Of a DNA stretch of 64,000 bases, positions 18,631 to 28,956 are shown piece by piece. The notes below the pieces were generated by a model. It worked only from the letters and a program-made list of their open reading frames with translations, did no database searches and was not told the DNA's origin. Source of the stretch: Candidatus Omnitrophota bacterium (GTDB taxonomy: Bacteria > Omnitrophota > Gorgyraeia > Tantalellales > Tantalellaceae); contig JAQUQS010000002.1 of NCBI GenBank assembly GCA_028715965.1, positions 77,368-141,367 of the forward strand, written 5' to 3'. How positions within the stretch are numbered: the first letter of the stretch is position 1; every line of letters begins with the position of its first letter. The translations under genes and the position numbers were made by a program.

Positions 18631-20081
18631 ACGGGCCCATCGGGCGTATCCTCGACCACGATACCCATGCCGTTCAACCTGTCCCTTATGCTATCAGCTG
18701 CCGCGAAATCCTTCTTTTTCTTGGCCTCCGCTCTTTCCTCCAACAGACCTTCCACCTCGCGGGCAACCCCTTCATCATGGTCCTCTATTTTCATGTTAAG
18801 GCCGAAAAGCCCTTCGGCATACTTCCGTATGAACCCTGTTATCTGTCCCAGCGCGTGGGCTCTGGCTTCGGCGGGCATCGCTTCATCGGCCATACGTTCA
18901 TTCCCGGTCTTAACCGCCTCAAAAATAACGGACATGGCCACCGGCGTATTAAAATCATCATCCATGGCCTCAAGTATCTTTTTTTCCGCGTCAGCAATAT
19001 ACCCGTCCATCACCATGGTCTTCGGGCGTGTGCCTTCACCTGAGAGATACTTGTCCGCCATTTCGGAAGCTTTGGTCATGAACACGGTTATCCTCTCCTT
19101 GGCGCGCCGCATCTCCTCGATCTTTTCGCCGCTGTAATCCATCGGGCTGCGGTACACACTCACCAGAAAAGCCAGTTTCAACAGGTCCGGGTCCTCATAT
19201 GCTTCCAGGAAATCCGCTATCGTTATATAGTTTCCCAGCGATTTCGACATTTTTTCGCCATTCACCGTAAGTAGCCCGTTATGTATCCAGTAATTGGCGA
19301 ATCTCCTGCCCGTATACGCTTCGGCCTGCGCTATCTCGTTCTCATGATGCGGAAAGATAAGGTCAAGCCCGCCACCGTGTATATCGAACCCGGTCCCGAG
19401 CATTTTCGTGCTCATCACGGAACACTCTATATGCCATCCCGGGCGTCCGCGTCCCCAAGGACTTTCCCAATACGGTTCCCCGGGTTTTACACCTTTCCAC
19501 AAAGCGAAGTCCAGCGGATCACGTTTGTTCTCGTCCTTTTCCACCCTGGCCCCGGCCAGGAGCTGTTCTTTGTCTCGGTTGGACAATCTGCCGTAGTCCT
19601 TGAAACTGTCCACGCTGAAATAAACGCTCTCGCCGGAAACATACGCGTTACCTTTTTTGATAAGCTCCCCGATGAACCCTATCATTTCCTTTATGTTATC
19701 CGTGGCCCTGGGCTCAAGTGTGGGTTTTTTTATCCCCAGCATATCAAGCTCATCATGGTACACTTCCAGGTACCTGAGGGCGACCTCTTTGACCTTTTCA
19801 GCCAGGCCATCACCCGTTGGTTCGTCCCCGGATTCCGTCATTTCCTGTACGGCTTTCCTGATTATCTTATCGTCTATGTCGGTCACATTACGCACAAAAG
19901 TGACATCGAGGCCGCCGAACTCCATGTATCTTCTTATCACGTCGAACACATAAGCGCTCCTCGCGTGCCCGATATGCGGGACATCATATACGGTCGGACC
20001 GCACACATACATCTTTACTTTTCCATCATCTATCGGGCGGAACTCGTCTTTTTCCCTTGTGAGCGTGTTATATATCCTCAT
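18615..20081 (-). CDS. cysS: Cysteinyl-tRNA synthetase
   Basis: [16 protein letters not shown] (HIGH) and KMSKSLGN. Confidence 0.9.
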   Translation of the reverse strand: MRIYNTLTREKDEFRPIDDGKVKMYVCGPTVYDVPHIGHARSAYVFDVIRRYMEFGGLDVTFVRNVTDIDDKIIRKAVQEMTESGDEPTGDGLAEKVKEVALRYLEVYHDELDMLGIKKPTLEPRATDNIKEMIGFIGELIKKGNAYVSGESVYFSVDSFKDYGRLSNRDKEQLLAGARVEKDENKRDPLDFALWKGVKPGEPYWESPWGRGRPGWHIECSVMSTKMLGTGFDIHGGGLDLIFPHHENEIAQAEAYTGRRFANYWIHNGLLTVNGEKMSKSLGNYITIADFLEAYEDPDLLKLAFLVSVYRSPMDYSGEKIEEMRRAKERITVFMTKASEMADKYLSGEGTRPKTMVMDGYIADAEKKILEAMDDDFNTPVAMSVIFEAVKTGNERMADEAMPAEARAHALGQITGFIRKYAEGLFGLNMKIEDHDEGVAREVEGLLEERAEAKKKKDFAAADSIRDRLNGMGIVVEDTPDGPVWRKK

Positions 20082-20818
20082 GCGGTCTCGCCTTCCGTAT
20101 CCCCGTTATCGGGGCCATGGTGGTATTCCCCCAGTTCCCCCTCAATATGGTCTATCTCATGCTGCAGCCTTTCCAGGGCCTGCTGGAGCGGATCGGGCAG
20201 TGATGTATGATCGAGGTTTATCCCGCCCGGAAGACGTTTCCCCTTCCGTCTGGCTATCCTGCCCGGCACACCTACCACCGTGGAATCATCAGGCACATCA
20301 CGCAGGACCACGGCGTTACTTCCTATCATGACATTGTTACCGACAGTGATGTTACCCAGCACTTTAGCGCCAGCGCCCACGACCACATTATCTTTCAGTG
20401 TGGGATGCCTTTTTCCCGTTTCTTTCCCCGTACCCCCCAAAGTGACCCCCTGAAAAAGCGTCACATTGTCACCTATAACGGTCGTTTCACCTATGACCAC
20501 TCCCATCCCGTGGTCTATGAAGAAACCTTTGCCGATAGCCGCTCCGGGATGTATCTCTATACCGGTTATCCACCTGGCGAACTGGGATATGAACCTGGGG
20601 AGGAAAGGCACCTTCATGCCTGCCAACACGTGCGATATCCTGTAGAGCACCAGGGCGTGCAGTCCAGCATACGTGAATATTATTTCCGCGTATGAACGCG
20701 CCGCCGGGTCCCTGTCCTTGGCGGCCTTCAGCTCTCCCGAGAAAAAGACCCTGACAAGGGCATAGAACAGTATAAGCGCCGCTACCAAGAGCAGCATGAA
20801 CTGTAAAATGCAATCCAT
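20078..20818 (-). CDS. cysE: Serine O-acetyltransferase
   Basis: [10 protein letters not shown]...[11 protein letters not shown] plus hexapeptide repeats and GKRHPTL. The hydrophobic N-terminal 22 residues are probably an over-extension, and the true start may be the GTG near 20752. Overlaps cysS by 4 nt. Confidence 0.85.
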   Translation of the reverse strand: MDCILQFMLLLVAALILFYALVRVFFSGELKAAKDRDPAARSYAEIIFTYAGLHALVLYRISHVLAGMKVPFLPRFISQFARWITGIEIHPGAAIGKGFFIDHGMGVVIGETTVIGDNVTLFQGVTLGGTGKETGKRHPTLKDNVVVGAGAKVLGNITVGNNVMIGSNAVVLRDVPDDSTVVGVPGRIARRKGKRLPGGINLDHTSLPDPLQQALERLQHEIDHIEGELGEYHHGPDNGDTEGETA

Positions 20819-20840
20819 TTCATCCCCCGTATTATACTCG

Positions 20841-21314
20841 TCACTCTTTAATTAGCGTTACCACGACGTACGCGGCCATCGCTTTTTTCTCTCCGATATC
20901 CCCCATAGCCTCGGATGTTTTACCCTTGATATTGACGTCATCCTGCCTTATCCCCAAAGCAACGGATATATTCTTCTTCATCCCGTCCCGGTAAGGCCCC
21001 AGCCTGGGTTCTTCCGTTATAACGATACAATCCACGTTGCCCGGCTTGAACCCTTTCCCGCGCATGGACCCCGCGACCTCGTCCAGGAACCCCATGCTCG
21101 AGGCGTCCTTATATCTGGGGTCCGTGTCCGGGAACTTCATCCCGATGTCCCCTTCCCCCATGGCTCCCAGGATAGCGTCGCATAAGGCATGAAGCAGCAC
21201 ATCCCCGTCGGAATGTCCGATCGGACCTCGGTCGCATGGTATTTTCACCCCGCCGATGACCATTTGCCGTCCCTTATCCAGCCGATGGATATCATAACCT
21301 ATACCTATCTTCAT
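20841..21314 (-). CDS. ispF: 2-C-methyl-D-erythritol 2,4-cyclodiphosphate synthase
   Basis: [10 protein letters not shown]...[12 protein letters not shown] zinc-site motifs. Confidence 0.9.
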   Translation of the reverse strand: MKIGIGYDIHRLDKGRQMVIGGVKIPCDRGPIGHSDGDVLLHALCDAILGAMGEGDIGMKFPDTDPRYKDASSMGFLDEVAGSMRGKGFKPGNVDCIVITEEPRLGPYRDGMKKNISVALGIRQDDVNIKGKTSEAMGDIGEKKAMAAYVVVTLIKE

Positions 21315-22384
21315 GCCGCCGGCCCTTGCTCGCTCCGGTCTTCGTCCCCCCCGGACCTGCCGTTACCATTACTTTTTCTGGGTTCGTTCTTCTCCATTAT
21401 GTTGGCGAATATCATGCGTCCGGCCGATGTCTGGAGTACGCTGGACACGGCCACTTTGGCCGTCCTGCCCATGAATCTCCGGCCATTGTCCACCACTATC
21501 ATCGTTCCGTCGTCCATGAACGCCACGCCCTGGTTCTTCTCCTTGCCTTCTTTCTTGATATGAACGGTCATTTGTTCCCCCGGGAACACCACCGGCCGCA
21601 TGGCGCCCGCAAGGTCGTTCAGGTTAAGGACCTTGACACCGTCAAGCTTGGCCACCTTGTTAAGGTTCAGGTCGTTCGTGAAGATCGGGCAGTTGAGTAT
21701 CTTCGCCAGCCTTACCAGCTTAGCGTCGACCTCTTTTATCTCAGGGAACCTTTCCTCATGTATGATCACCTCAATGCCGTTCACGCTCTTCAGGGCGTCA
21801 AGGATGTCAAGACCCCTTCTTCCGCGAGAACGTTTACCGTCATCCGTGCTGTCGGCCACCTGCTGGAGTTCCTGCAACACGAACCTTGGGACAATAAGCT
21901 TGCCCTCCATGAAGCCGCTTTCGCACACTCCCGCGATACGACCGTCGATTATAACGCTCGTATCCAGTATGAATATCTGGTCCCTGCGGTCTTCCCGCGA
22001 GAACCTAACGTACGGGATGACCAGGTTGAACTCATCCTTACCCTTGATAGATATCACCATTCCCAGGTAACAAAAAATAAGAGTGAATACCATCTGCGCT
22101 ACGGAACGGAACTCATCCCCCATCGGCAGTATCCTGAGCACTATCCCGACCATCCATGACATGAATATACCGAACATGAGCCCGAACGCCGCCACGGAAA
22201 GATTACGCAGCGATACCCTTTTCAGGCTGCTTTCCACAAGGATCACAACGATACTCCACGCGAAACCCAGCACCGCCCCCATATAGGCCTTTTCCGGAGT
22301 AAAATCCGGGACCAGTGGCCATAGGTAATATCCGCACATCGTGCTTATTATTACGAAAAAAATACGTATTAACCTTATCGTCAT
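21311..22384 (-). CDS. yacL: PIN/TRAM-domain membrane protein (YacL-like)
   Basis: N-terminal TM helices, a PIN core (IFILDTSVIIDGR) and a C-terminal TRAM-like beta domain. It lies upstream of ispF-cysE-cysS, as yacL does in Bacillus. Confidence 0.7.
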   Translation of the reverse strand: MTIRLIRIFFVIISTMCGYYLWPLVPDFTPEKAYMGAVLGFAWSIVVILVESSLKRVSLRNLSVAAFGLMFGIFMSWMVGIVLRILPMGDEFRSVAQMVFTLIFCYLGMVISIKGKDEFNLVIPYVRFSREDRRDQIFILDTSVIIDGRIAGVCESGFMEGKLIVPRFVLQELQQVADSTDDGKRSRGRRGLDILDALKSVNGIEVIIHEERFPEIKEVDAKLVRLAKILNCPIFTNDLNLNKVAKLDGVKVLNLNDLAGAMRPVVFPGEQMTVHIKKEGKEKNQGVAFMDDGTMIVVDNGRRFMGRTAKVAVSSVLQTSAGRMIFANIMEKNEPRKSNGNGRSGGDEDRSEQGPAA

Positions 22385-22474
22385 CTTTCCCTTCCTTTCA
22401 CTTTCATGGTAATAACAAAAATATGGAAATAACCGTGGGACCAGCGCCGGGGCGCGCTTTCCCGTTACGTGTTA

Positions 22475-23179
22475 TCATTTATCACGTTTCCTCTTATCCG
22501 GGGTCTTGTGCAGGAGCTTCCATGGATTTGCCTTTATATCCCCAGTGAACCCCGAAACATCCTCGTATACTTTCTCTTCCACAAGAAGCCGGCCTATAGT
22601 ACCTTCACCCCTCCTGAGCCGCCCGGATATGGCGGTAAGATCATCATAGAAGGTACTGTCGGATATGAACTTGCCCAAAGTACCTTCTCCCGCGGCCACA
22701 CGTTCCATGACATCTTTGGAAAGGCTGATAAATTCCGTCATGTTCTCCATCTGCTGGCCGACACTCACGGGGTTACGGCCATCCATTACGGTCCCCTGCG
22801 TAATGAGATCACTCCCCCCGGTCCCCGGACTTATCTCCAGGTATTGTTCACCCAGAAGGCCGAGCGAGTTTATCCTGGGCACGGCGTCGACCTCTATGTT
22901 CGTGCCCTCATCGACCTTCACGTCCAGTTTTACACGGGTCCTCTGCTTTTGCTCGTCATAATATATGGCTATACCGGTCACTTCCCCGACATCGACACCG
23001 GCATACCTTACAGGAGAGTTCTTGTTTATCCCGTTCACGTAATCGAACACGACATTGAAGGTATATCCCTTTTCGAACTTGTATATGTCCCCTATCGAAA
23101 AGACTATGAAGAACATCAGGAATATCCCCAGCCCCATAAAGAGCCCTACCTTGAGTTCCAGCTTGTCGTCCCTTATCAT
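22475..23179 (-). CDS. mlaD: MCE-domain protein, MlaD-like
   Basis: N-terminal TM anchor plus MCE domain. Downstream of mlaE and mlaF. Confidence 0.75.
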   Translation of the reverse strand: MIRDDKLELKVGLFMGLGIFLMFFIVFSIGDIYKFEKGYTFNVVFDYVNGINKNSPVRYAGVDVGEVTGIAIYYDEQKQRTRVKLDVKVDEGTNIEVDAVPRINSLGLLGEQYLEISPGTGGSDLITQGTVMDGRNPVSVGQQMENMTEFISLSKDVMERVAAGEGTLGKFISDSTFYDDLTAISGRLRRGEGTIGRLLVEEKVYEDVSGFTGDIKANPWKLLHKTPDKRKRDK

Positions 23180-23209
23180 TTATCTCTCCCCTCGCTCGTT
23201 CATATTTGA

Positions 23210-23968
23210 TCAGACACTAGGGCCATCCTGTGTTATCGGACCCTTGGCGTTCCCGCTAATGAATTGTCGCACCAGCTCGTTATCCGAGTTCTTTATCTCA
23301 TCCGGGGTCCCGACCGCTATTATCCTCTTTCCGTACAACATGGCTATCCTGTCCGCCACCCTGTACGCGCTCTTCATGTCGTGCGTAACGGTAACGGACG
23401 TGACCTTCATCCCCTCATGAAGATCGCGTATGAGGCCGTTTATGATATCCCCCGTGATCGGGTCCACCCCCGTCGTGGGCTCATCAAAAAGCATTATCTC
23501 CGGAGGCATACACACGGCCCTGGCCAGGCCCACCCTCTTACGCATACCGCCTGAAAGTTCCGCCGGCTTGACGTGGTTGATCCCGCGGAGCCCCACCATG
23601 GCCAGGCATTCGTTCACCCTTTTCTCTATATGTTCCACCGGAAAGGACGTATACTCCAGGTGCCGGAACCCCACGTTCTCGAACACAGTAAGGGAATCGA
23701 AAAGCGCCGCCCCCTGGAAGAGCATGCCGAACTTCATCCGCATCTCGTTGAGTTCCCTGCTGTCCAGGCCAGCTATATCCACCCCGTCGATCAATATCTG
23801 TCCCTCATCCGGCTTGAGCAGCCCTATTATGTGTTTCAACAGGACGCTTTTCCCGCAACCGGAGCGTCCGATTATCACCATGGATTCACCCGTATTTATC
23901 GTAAGGTCCAGGCCGTCGAGCACCTTGCGCCCACCGAAAGATTTACTTACGTTCCTGATCTCTATCAT
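23210..23968 (-). CDS. mlaF: ABC transporter ATP-binding protein, MlaF-like
   Basis: Walker A GRSGCGKS, LSGGM signature, Walker B. Confidence 0.8.
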   Translation of the reverse strand: MIEIRNVSKSFGGRKVLDGLDLTINTGESMVIIGRSGCGKSVLLKHIIGLLKPDEGQILIDGVDIAGLDSRELNEMRMKFGMLFQGAALFDSLTVFENVGFRHLEYTSFPVEHIEKRVNECLAMVGLRGINHVKPAELSGGMRKRVGLARAVCMPPEIMLFDEPTTGVDPITGDIINGLIRDLHEGMKVTSVTVTHDMKSAYRVADRIAMLYGKRIIAVGTPDEIKNSDNELVRQFISGNAKGPITQDGPSV

Positions 23969-23985
23969 CCGCTGTTACCGCCACC

Positions 23986-24765
23986 CTATCTCATAAAATA
24001 AAAAAGAGCCGTGAAAAAACAATCCGCCACTATGATAAGTATGAAACTTCTCACTACGCTCGATGTAGTGGACCTGCCTACGCCTTCCGCGCCGCCCGCG
24101 GCGTTGACCCCCTCGAAACACGCTATCACACATATGATAACGGCAAAGGAAAGGCTCTTTATCAGCCCCGTAATAACATCCTTGAGCGCAAGCGGGGTGA
24201 ATGTCATTTTCGTATACATCGCGTGCGTTATATTTAGCTTACCCACCCCTATGAGGTATCCTCCCGCTATACCGAAAAAATCAGCGCATATGGTCAAAAG
24301 CGGCACCATTACCAGGAGCGCGATAAAACGCGGCACCACCAGATACTGCACCGGGTTCGCGGACAGGGTCTCAAGGGCCTCTATCTGCTCGGTCACCTTC
24401 ATTGTCCCGAGTTCCGCCGTGATCGCGGCACCACACCTCCCGGCCACTATGAGGGCCGTGAGGACCGGACCCAACTCGCGGGTAAGGGAAAGCGCAACAA
24501 GAGAAGCGATATACATCTCAGCGGACACTTTCTGCATCTGGTACGCGCTTTGCAGCGCGAGCACTATACCCGTGAAAAAGCTTATGAGAAGCACTATGGG
24601 CAGACTTTCCACACCTATCTTGTTCATCTGCTCAAGCGTCTGTCTTTTCCTTGATCCGGGCGCGAACAGCCAGAACACCGTCTTAGCCAGTAGCACGGAT
24701 AACCCGCCCATATACGCGAAGAATCCCAGTACCCTGCCCTTTATGTATGAATACGCCCCGTTCAA
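23986..24765 (-). CDS. mlaE: ABC transporter permease, MlaE-like
   Basis: MlaE/YrbE-type permease with a conserved central region (LTRELGPVLTALIVAGRCGAAITAELGTMKVTEQIEAL). Confidence 0.8.
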   Translation of the reverse strand: MNGAYSYIKGRVLGFFAYMGGLSVLLAKTVFWLFAPGSRKRQTLEQMNKIGVESLPIVLLISFFTGIVLALQSAYQMQKVSAEMYIASLVALSLTRELGPVLTALIVAGRCGAAITAELGTMKVTEQIEALETLSANPVQYLVVPRFIALLVMVPLLTICADFFGIAGGYLIGVGKLNITHAMYTKMTFTPLALKDVITGLIKSLSFAVIICVIACFEGVNAAGGAEGVGRSTTSSVVRSFILIIVADCFFTALFYFMR

Positions 24766-24838
24766 CTGACCTTTCCCCTCCGGCCACGGACATACCTGCC
24801 CTCAAGACAGGCCTTACGCGAACATCCATGACACATCA

Positions 24839-27319
24839 TCATTTGCCGCTTTTCTCCGGAACGGATTCCGTCACCCCTTCAAGGACGAACTCGAGTTCCT
24901 GTTTATTCTCCGGCAGAGTGACCTTTATCCGCGAACCGTCCTTGAAGGTCCCGGCGAGGATCTCTTCAGAAAGCGGGTTCTCCAGATAACGCTGTATGGT
25001 CCGCTTGAGCGGACGGGCGCCATAGGTCACGTCAAAACCTTTTTCTATCAAGAAGTCCTTTGCGGCGTTGTCCAGCACTATTTCCAGATGTTTCTCCCTC
25101 ACCCGGATCTGGACCTCCCTGACCTCTATCTCGACTATATGTTTCAGGTCTTCCCGGTTAAGGCTGTGGAACACTATCACGTCGTCCACCCTGTTCAGGA
25201 ACTCCGGTTTGAACGTTTTCTTCACCTCTTCCAAGAGCCTGCTTTTCATGTCCTTGTAGGTCTCGACCTCTTCCTGCGGCTTGAACCCGATAGACCCTGT
25301 CTTCTTCAAAAGTTCCGCTCCTATGTTCGACGTCATAATAAGTACCGTATTCTTGAAGCTGACCTTCCTGCCGTAGGAATCCGTAAGCCTTCCCTCGTCC
25401 AATACCTGCAGAAGTATGTTAAAGACATCCGGATGGGCCTTCTCTATCTCGTCAAGAAGCACCACCGAATAAGGTTTCCTGCGCACCCTTTCAGTAAGCT
25501 GTCCGCCTTCGTCATACCCGACATACCCGGGAGGCGCTCCCACAAGACGCGACACGTTGAACTTCTCCATGTATTCGGACATGTCTATCTGTATGACGGC
25601 GTCCTCGTCCCCGAACATCACTTCGGCAAGTTTGCGGCCAAGCAGGGTCTTGCCGACCCCGGTCGGGCCCAGGAATATAAAGGTGCCTATCGGCCTGTTC
25701 GGGTCCTTGATCCCGGCGCGCGAACGCCTGACGGCATGGGCTATAGCTGTTATGGCCTCATCCTGCCCCTGTACCCTTTTCGTGAGATGCTCTTCCAGTT
25801 TCAGGTATTTGTCGGACTCGGTCTCTTCCACCCTCACGAGAGGTATCCCGGTCCAGTTGGACACTATGTTCGCTATCTCTTCTTCCCCCACAACGATCTC
25901 CTGGTGCATCTGTCCGTTCTTCCACTTCTGCTGCTGCTCATCCAGCTGCTGGCGCGTAAGTCTTTCCGAGTCACGGAAACGCGCGGCTTTTTCAAAGTCC
26001 TGGGCCTTGACCGCGGCCTCTTTCTCAAGACGATATTTTTCGATCTGGTTCTCTATCTCCTTCATGTCCTTTGGCATGATCATCCTGGAAAGCTTTGCCT
26101 TAGAACCCGCTTCGTCGATAAGGTCTATGGCTTTATCGGGAAGGAACCTTCCGCTTATGTATTTATCGGAAAGTTTGGCCGCCGCCTCCAGCGCCTTGTC
26201 GGAAAAATTCACTTTATGGTGCGCCTCATATTTATCCCTTAAACCCCTCAATATCTGTATGGTCTCCTCCACCGTGGGAGGATCCACCATTACCGGCTGG
26301 AACCGTCTTTCCAGGGCCGGGTCTTTTTCTATGTTCTTCCTGTATTCGTCGAGCGTGGTGGCGCCTATGCACTGTATCTCCCCGCGTTGCAGTGACGGTT
26401 TCAGTATGTTGGACGCGTCTATGGCCCCTTCGGCCCCGCCCGCCCCCACAAGAGTGTGTATCTCGTCAATGAACACAATGACGTCGGGGGAGTCCTTTAT
26501 CTCCTTCATTATCGCTTTTATGCGTTCCTCGAACTGCCCCCTGTATTTGGTGCCCGCTATCATCATGGCAAGATCGAGGATAAGGAGCCTCCTGTCCTTC
26601 AATATTTCCGGCACATCTCCCGAATTTATCTTCTGGGCCAGTCCCTCCACGATAGCCGTCTTGCCTACCCCGGCTTCACCTATCAATATGGGGTTGTTCT
26701 TTTTTCTGCGGCCAAGTATCTGTATGACCCTCTCTATCTCCTTGTCCCGGCCTATTACAGGGTCCAGCTCGTCATGTCTGGCCATCTCCGTGAGGTCCCT
26801 CCCGAAAGAATCCAGAGCGGGCGTCTTTGTCTTTTTCTTGCGTTTCGCGTCCCCCGCCATGGAATAACCGGGGACAGACGAGCCCAGGAGGTTAAGCACC
26901 TCATCCCTCACGGTCTTAAGGTCAAGCCCCACGTTCAGGAGAACCTGGCTCGCCACGCCGTCACCCTCACGAATGAGCCCCAGGAGCAGGTGTTCCGTCC
27001 CTATGTAGTTGTGCCCGAGCGTCCTGGCCTCATCCATCGCCAGCTCAATGACCTTCTTGGCCCGCGGCGTGAAGGGGATATCCTTCTCGGCGCCGCCTTC
27101 GGTCCCGGGCTGCACGAGCTTTTCAACTTCCTGCCGAATATTGTCAGTGTCAAGCCCCAGGCTCGTGAGCACCGCGGCCGCGACACCTTCCCCTTCTTTT
27201 ATGAGCCCGAGAAGTATATGCTCGGTACCGATATATTCGTGGTTGAACCTTTTGGCCTCATCCTTGGCCAGAAGTATGACCTTTCTGGCGCGTTCAGTAA
27301 ATCTGTTAAAAGCGGGCAT
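24839..27319 (-). CDS. clpC: ATP-dependent Clp protease ATP-binding subunit ClpC
   Basis: Two Clp_N repeats, two AAA+ modules with Walker A/B, a UVR-like linker, and a ClpP-docking loop. Confidence 0.9.
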   Translation of the reverse strand: MPAFNRFTERARKVILLAKDEAKRFNHEYIGTEHILLGLIKEGEGVAAAVLTSLGLDTDNIRQEVEKLVQPGTEGGAEKDIPFTPRAKKVIELAMDEARTLGHNYIGTEHLLLGLIREGDGVASQVLLNVGLDLKTVRDEVLNLLGSSVPGYSMAGDAKRKKKTKTPALDSFGRDLTEMARHDELDPVIGRDKEIERVIQILGRRKKNNPILIGEAGVGKTAIVEGLAQKINSGDVPEILKDRRLLILDLAMMIAGTKYRGQFEERIKAIMKEIKDSPDVIVFIDEIHTLVGAGGAEGAIDASNILKPSLQRGEIQCIGATTLDEYRKNIEKDPALERRFQPVMVDPPTVEETIQILRGLRDKYEAHHKVNFSDKALEAAAKLSDKYISGRFLPDKAIDLIDEAGSKAKLSRMIMPKDMKEIENQIEKYRLEKEAAVKAQDFEKAARFRDSERLTRQQLDEQQQKWKNGQMHQEIVVGEEEIANIVSNWTGIPLVRVEETESDKYLKLEEHLTKRVQGQDEAITAIAHAVRRSRAGIKDPNRPIGTFIFLGPTGVGKTLLGRKLAEVMFGDEDAVIQIDMSEYMEKFNVSRLVGAPPGYVGYDEGGQLTERVRRKPYSVVLLDEIEKAHPDVFNILLQVLDEGRLTDSYGRKVSFKNTVLIMTSNIGAELLKKTGSIGFKPQEEVETYKDMKSRLLEEVKKTFKPEFLNRVDDVIVFHSLNREDLKHIVEIEVREVQIRVREKHLEIVLDNAAKDFLIEKGFDVTYGARPLKRTIQRYLENPLSEEILAGTFKDGSRIKVTLPENKQELEFVLEGVTESVPEKSGK

Positions 27320-27357
27320 GTTGTTCCTCCTTGGGTTACAACTGTTGTATTATCACG

Positions 27358-28410
27358 TTATTTCTCACTAAGTTTCATACGCACGAAATCCGCGCGTTTA
27401 ATATCCCTTTCGAACGGCTCTATCTTGTCATCGTTCATCATCTGCAGGTGCGCCGGCTGGGCATACACCAGTATACCGTTTATCTCCGACGGGCCTATCC
27501 CTTTTATGATGCCAAGGTCCATTCCCAACCGCACCGCGGAAAGAAGTTTTATGGCCTCGCGCGACGTTATTATCCTGACATCCTTGAGCGTGGAATACGA
27601 TAGGTTGATCTTTTCCGTAAGCTCGTTCTTCTTGTTCTTGATGAGCGCCTCTCTGGTCTCCCTTTCCTTTTCCACGATCTTCTTTATGACCCTCTCAAGG
27701 TTGCCCAGTATCCCCATCTCGGAATACCCCAGCGCTACCTGGTTGGATATCTGGAAAAAATCCCCCAGCGCTTCCGTTCCTTCGCCGTAAAAACCGCGTA
27801 TGGTCATGCCCAGCTTGGATATGGCGTCGAACACGTTCTCTATCTGCCCGGTCATGACAAGCCCCGAAAGATGGAGCATTACCGACGCTCTCAATCCCGT
27901 TCCCGTATTCGTCGGGCATGAAGTAAGATACCCGTACTTGGCGGAGAAATCGAACGGTATGTATTTCCCCAGGTCATTGTCTATTTCGTCGGCTATCCTC
28001 CACGCTTCCATGAGATCGAACCCCGACTTCAGGACCTGCATCCTGATATGGTCCTCCTCATTCAGCATTATGCTCGTTATCTCTTTGTCATCCACGACAA
28101 GGCCCTTGCTCTCGGCGTTCATGACGTGTTCCCGGCTTATAAGGTGCCTTTCGACAAGGAAATCCCTTTCCAGGGGAGAAATATCCCTCATCTTCAGAAA
28201 AAGAGAGTTACTCAAGAAGGCGCTTTTTTTCATCGCCCCCATCATCTTGTTCAGAATAGCTTCCCGCTGGTCCGCACCCGCTCTCGTGAAATATACCTCT
28301 CCTTTCACGTTACGCGCGAGCCTTATCCTGGTGGATATGGCGATATCCGACCCCGGGCCTTCGCCCCGCAGCCATTCACTTCCTCTTTTAAGCATTGTGT
28401 CAAGTTTCAT
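27358..28410 (-). CDS. mcsB: Protein-arginine kinase (ATP:guanido phosphotransferase)
   Basis: Phosphagen-kinase catalytic-domain motifs (CPTNTGTGLRAS) and an McsB-like length. Confidence 0.85.
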   Translation of the reverse strand: MKLDTMLKRGSEWLRGEGPGSDIAISTRIRLARNVKGEVYFTRAGADQREAILNKMMGAMKKSAFLSNSLFLKMRDISPLERDFLVERHLISREHVMNAESKGLVVDDKEITSIMLNEEDHIRMQVLKSGFDLMEAWRIADEIDNDLGKYIPFDFSAKYGYLTSCPTNTGTGLRASVMLHLSGLVMTGQIENVFDAISKLGMTIRGFYGEGTEALGDFFQISNQVALGYSEMGILGNLERVIKKIVEKERETREALIKNKKNELTEKINLSYSTLKDVRIITSREAIKLLSAVRLGMDLGIIKGIGPSEINGILVYAQPAHLQMMNDDKIEPFERDIKRADFVRMKLSEK

Positions 28411-28417
28411 ATCCCCG

Positions 28418-28930
28418 TCATTCCCTGAAATCGAGTTTGTTCTCTATCTCTTTTATCTGATCACGGACAAGAGCGGCCTTCTCGAACTCTTCGGCCCGCA
28501 CCAAACGGTCGAGTTCCGTCTTTAACTGCCGGTAGAGCTTCTGTTTGCCGACCATAGCCTCCCCTTTGAACGGAAGCTTCCCCACATGGTTATCGGAACC
28601 ATGGATCTTCCTGAGGAGGTCGTTCAGGTTCTTGCTGAACGCGGTATAACATTCCCCGCATCCAAGCCTGCCTGTCCCCTGGAAATCATAATACGTCATC
28701 TTGCACCTGGGGCATTGCACCATCATGCCTTCGGACATCTGTCCGTCAGGCAGTACAGCACCGAAATCCATAAGCCCGGACAAAAGGTCCGTAAGCCCGA
28801 AATGCGACTGCATCTCCTCGCTTTTGAGCTTGGCGCACTTGTCGCAAAGGTGCATCTTCGTCACCTTGTCGTTAACGACCTCGGTCAAATGTACCGTGGC
28901 GTTGGGAGCTCCGCAACTATCACATTTCAT
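28418..28930 (-). CDS. mcsA: McsA-like activator of McsB (zinc fingers plus UVR domain)
   Basis: Two CxxC...CxxC zinc modules and a C-terminal UVR motif (LDRLVRAEEFEKAALVRDQI). It lies immediately upstream of mcsB. Confidence 0.75.
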   Translation of the reverse strand: MKCDSCGAPNATVHLTEVVNDKVTKMHLCDKCAKLKSEEMQSHFGLTDLLSGLMDFGAVLPDGQMSEGMMVQCPRCKMTYYDFQGTGRLGCGECYTAFSKNLNDLLRKIHGSDNHVGKLPFKGEAMVGKQKLYRQLKTELDRLVRAEEFEKAALVRDQIKEIENKLDFRE

Positions 28931-28956
28931 GGCATTTCCTCTTTCCGCTCACGTGA

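Noticed and set aside
25088-27790. Three long plus-strand ORFs (384, 436 and 444 aa) inside the clpC locus
   Set aside because: They are antisense to a confidently identified ClpC. They are Ser/Pro/Arg-rich and low-complexity, typical of spurious ORFs on the reverse strand of GC-rich genes.
28861-28900. GGTCAAA heptamer resembling half of a CtsR operator
   Set aside because: Single copy, inside the mcsA coding sequence, not upstream of the operon, and with no direct-repeat partner.
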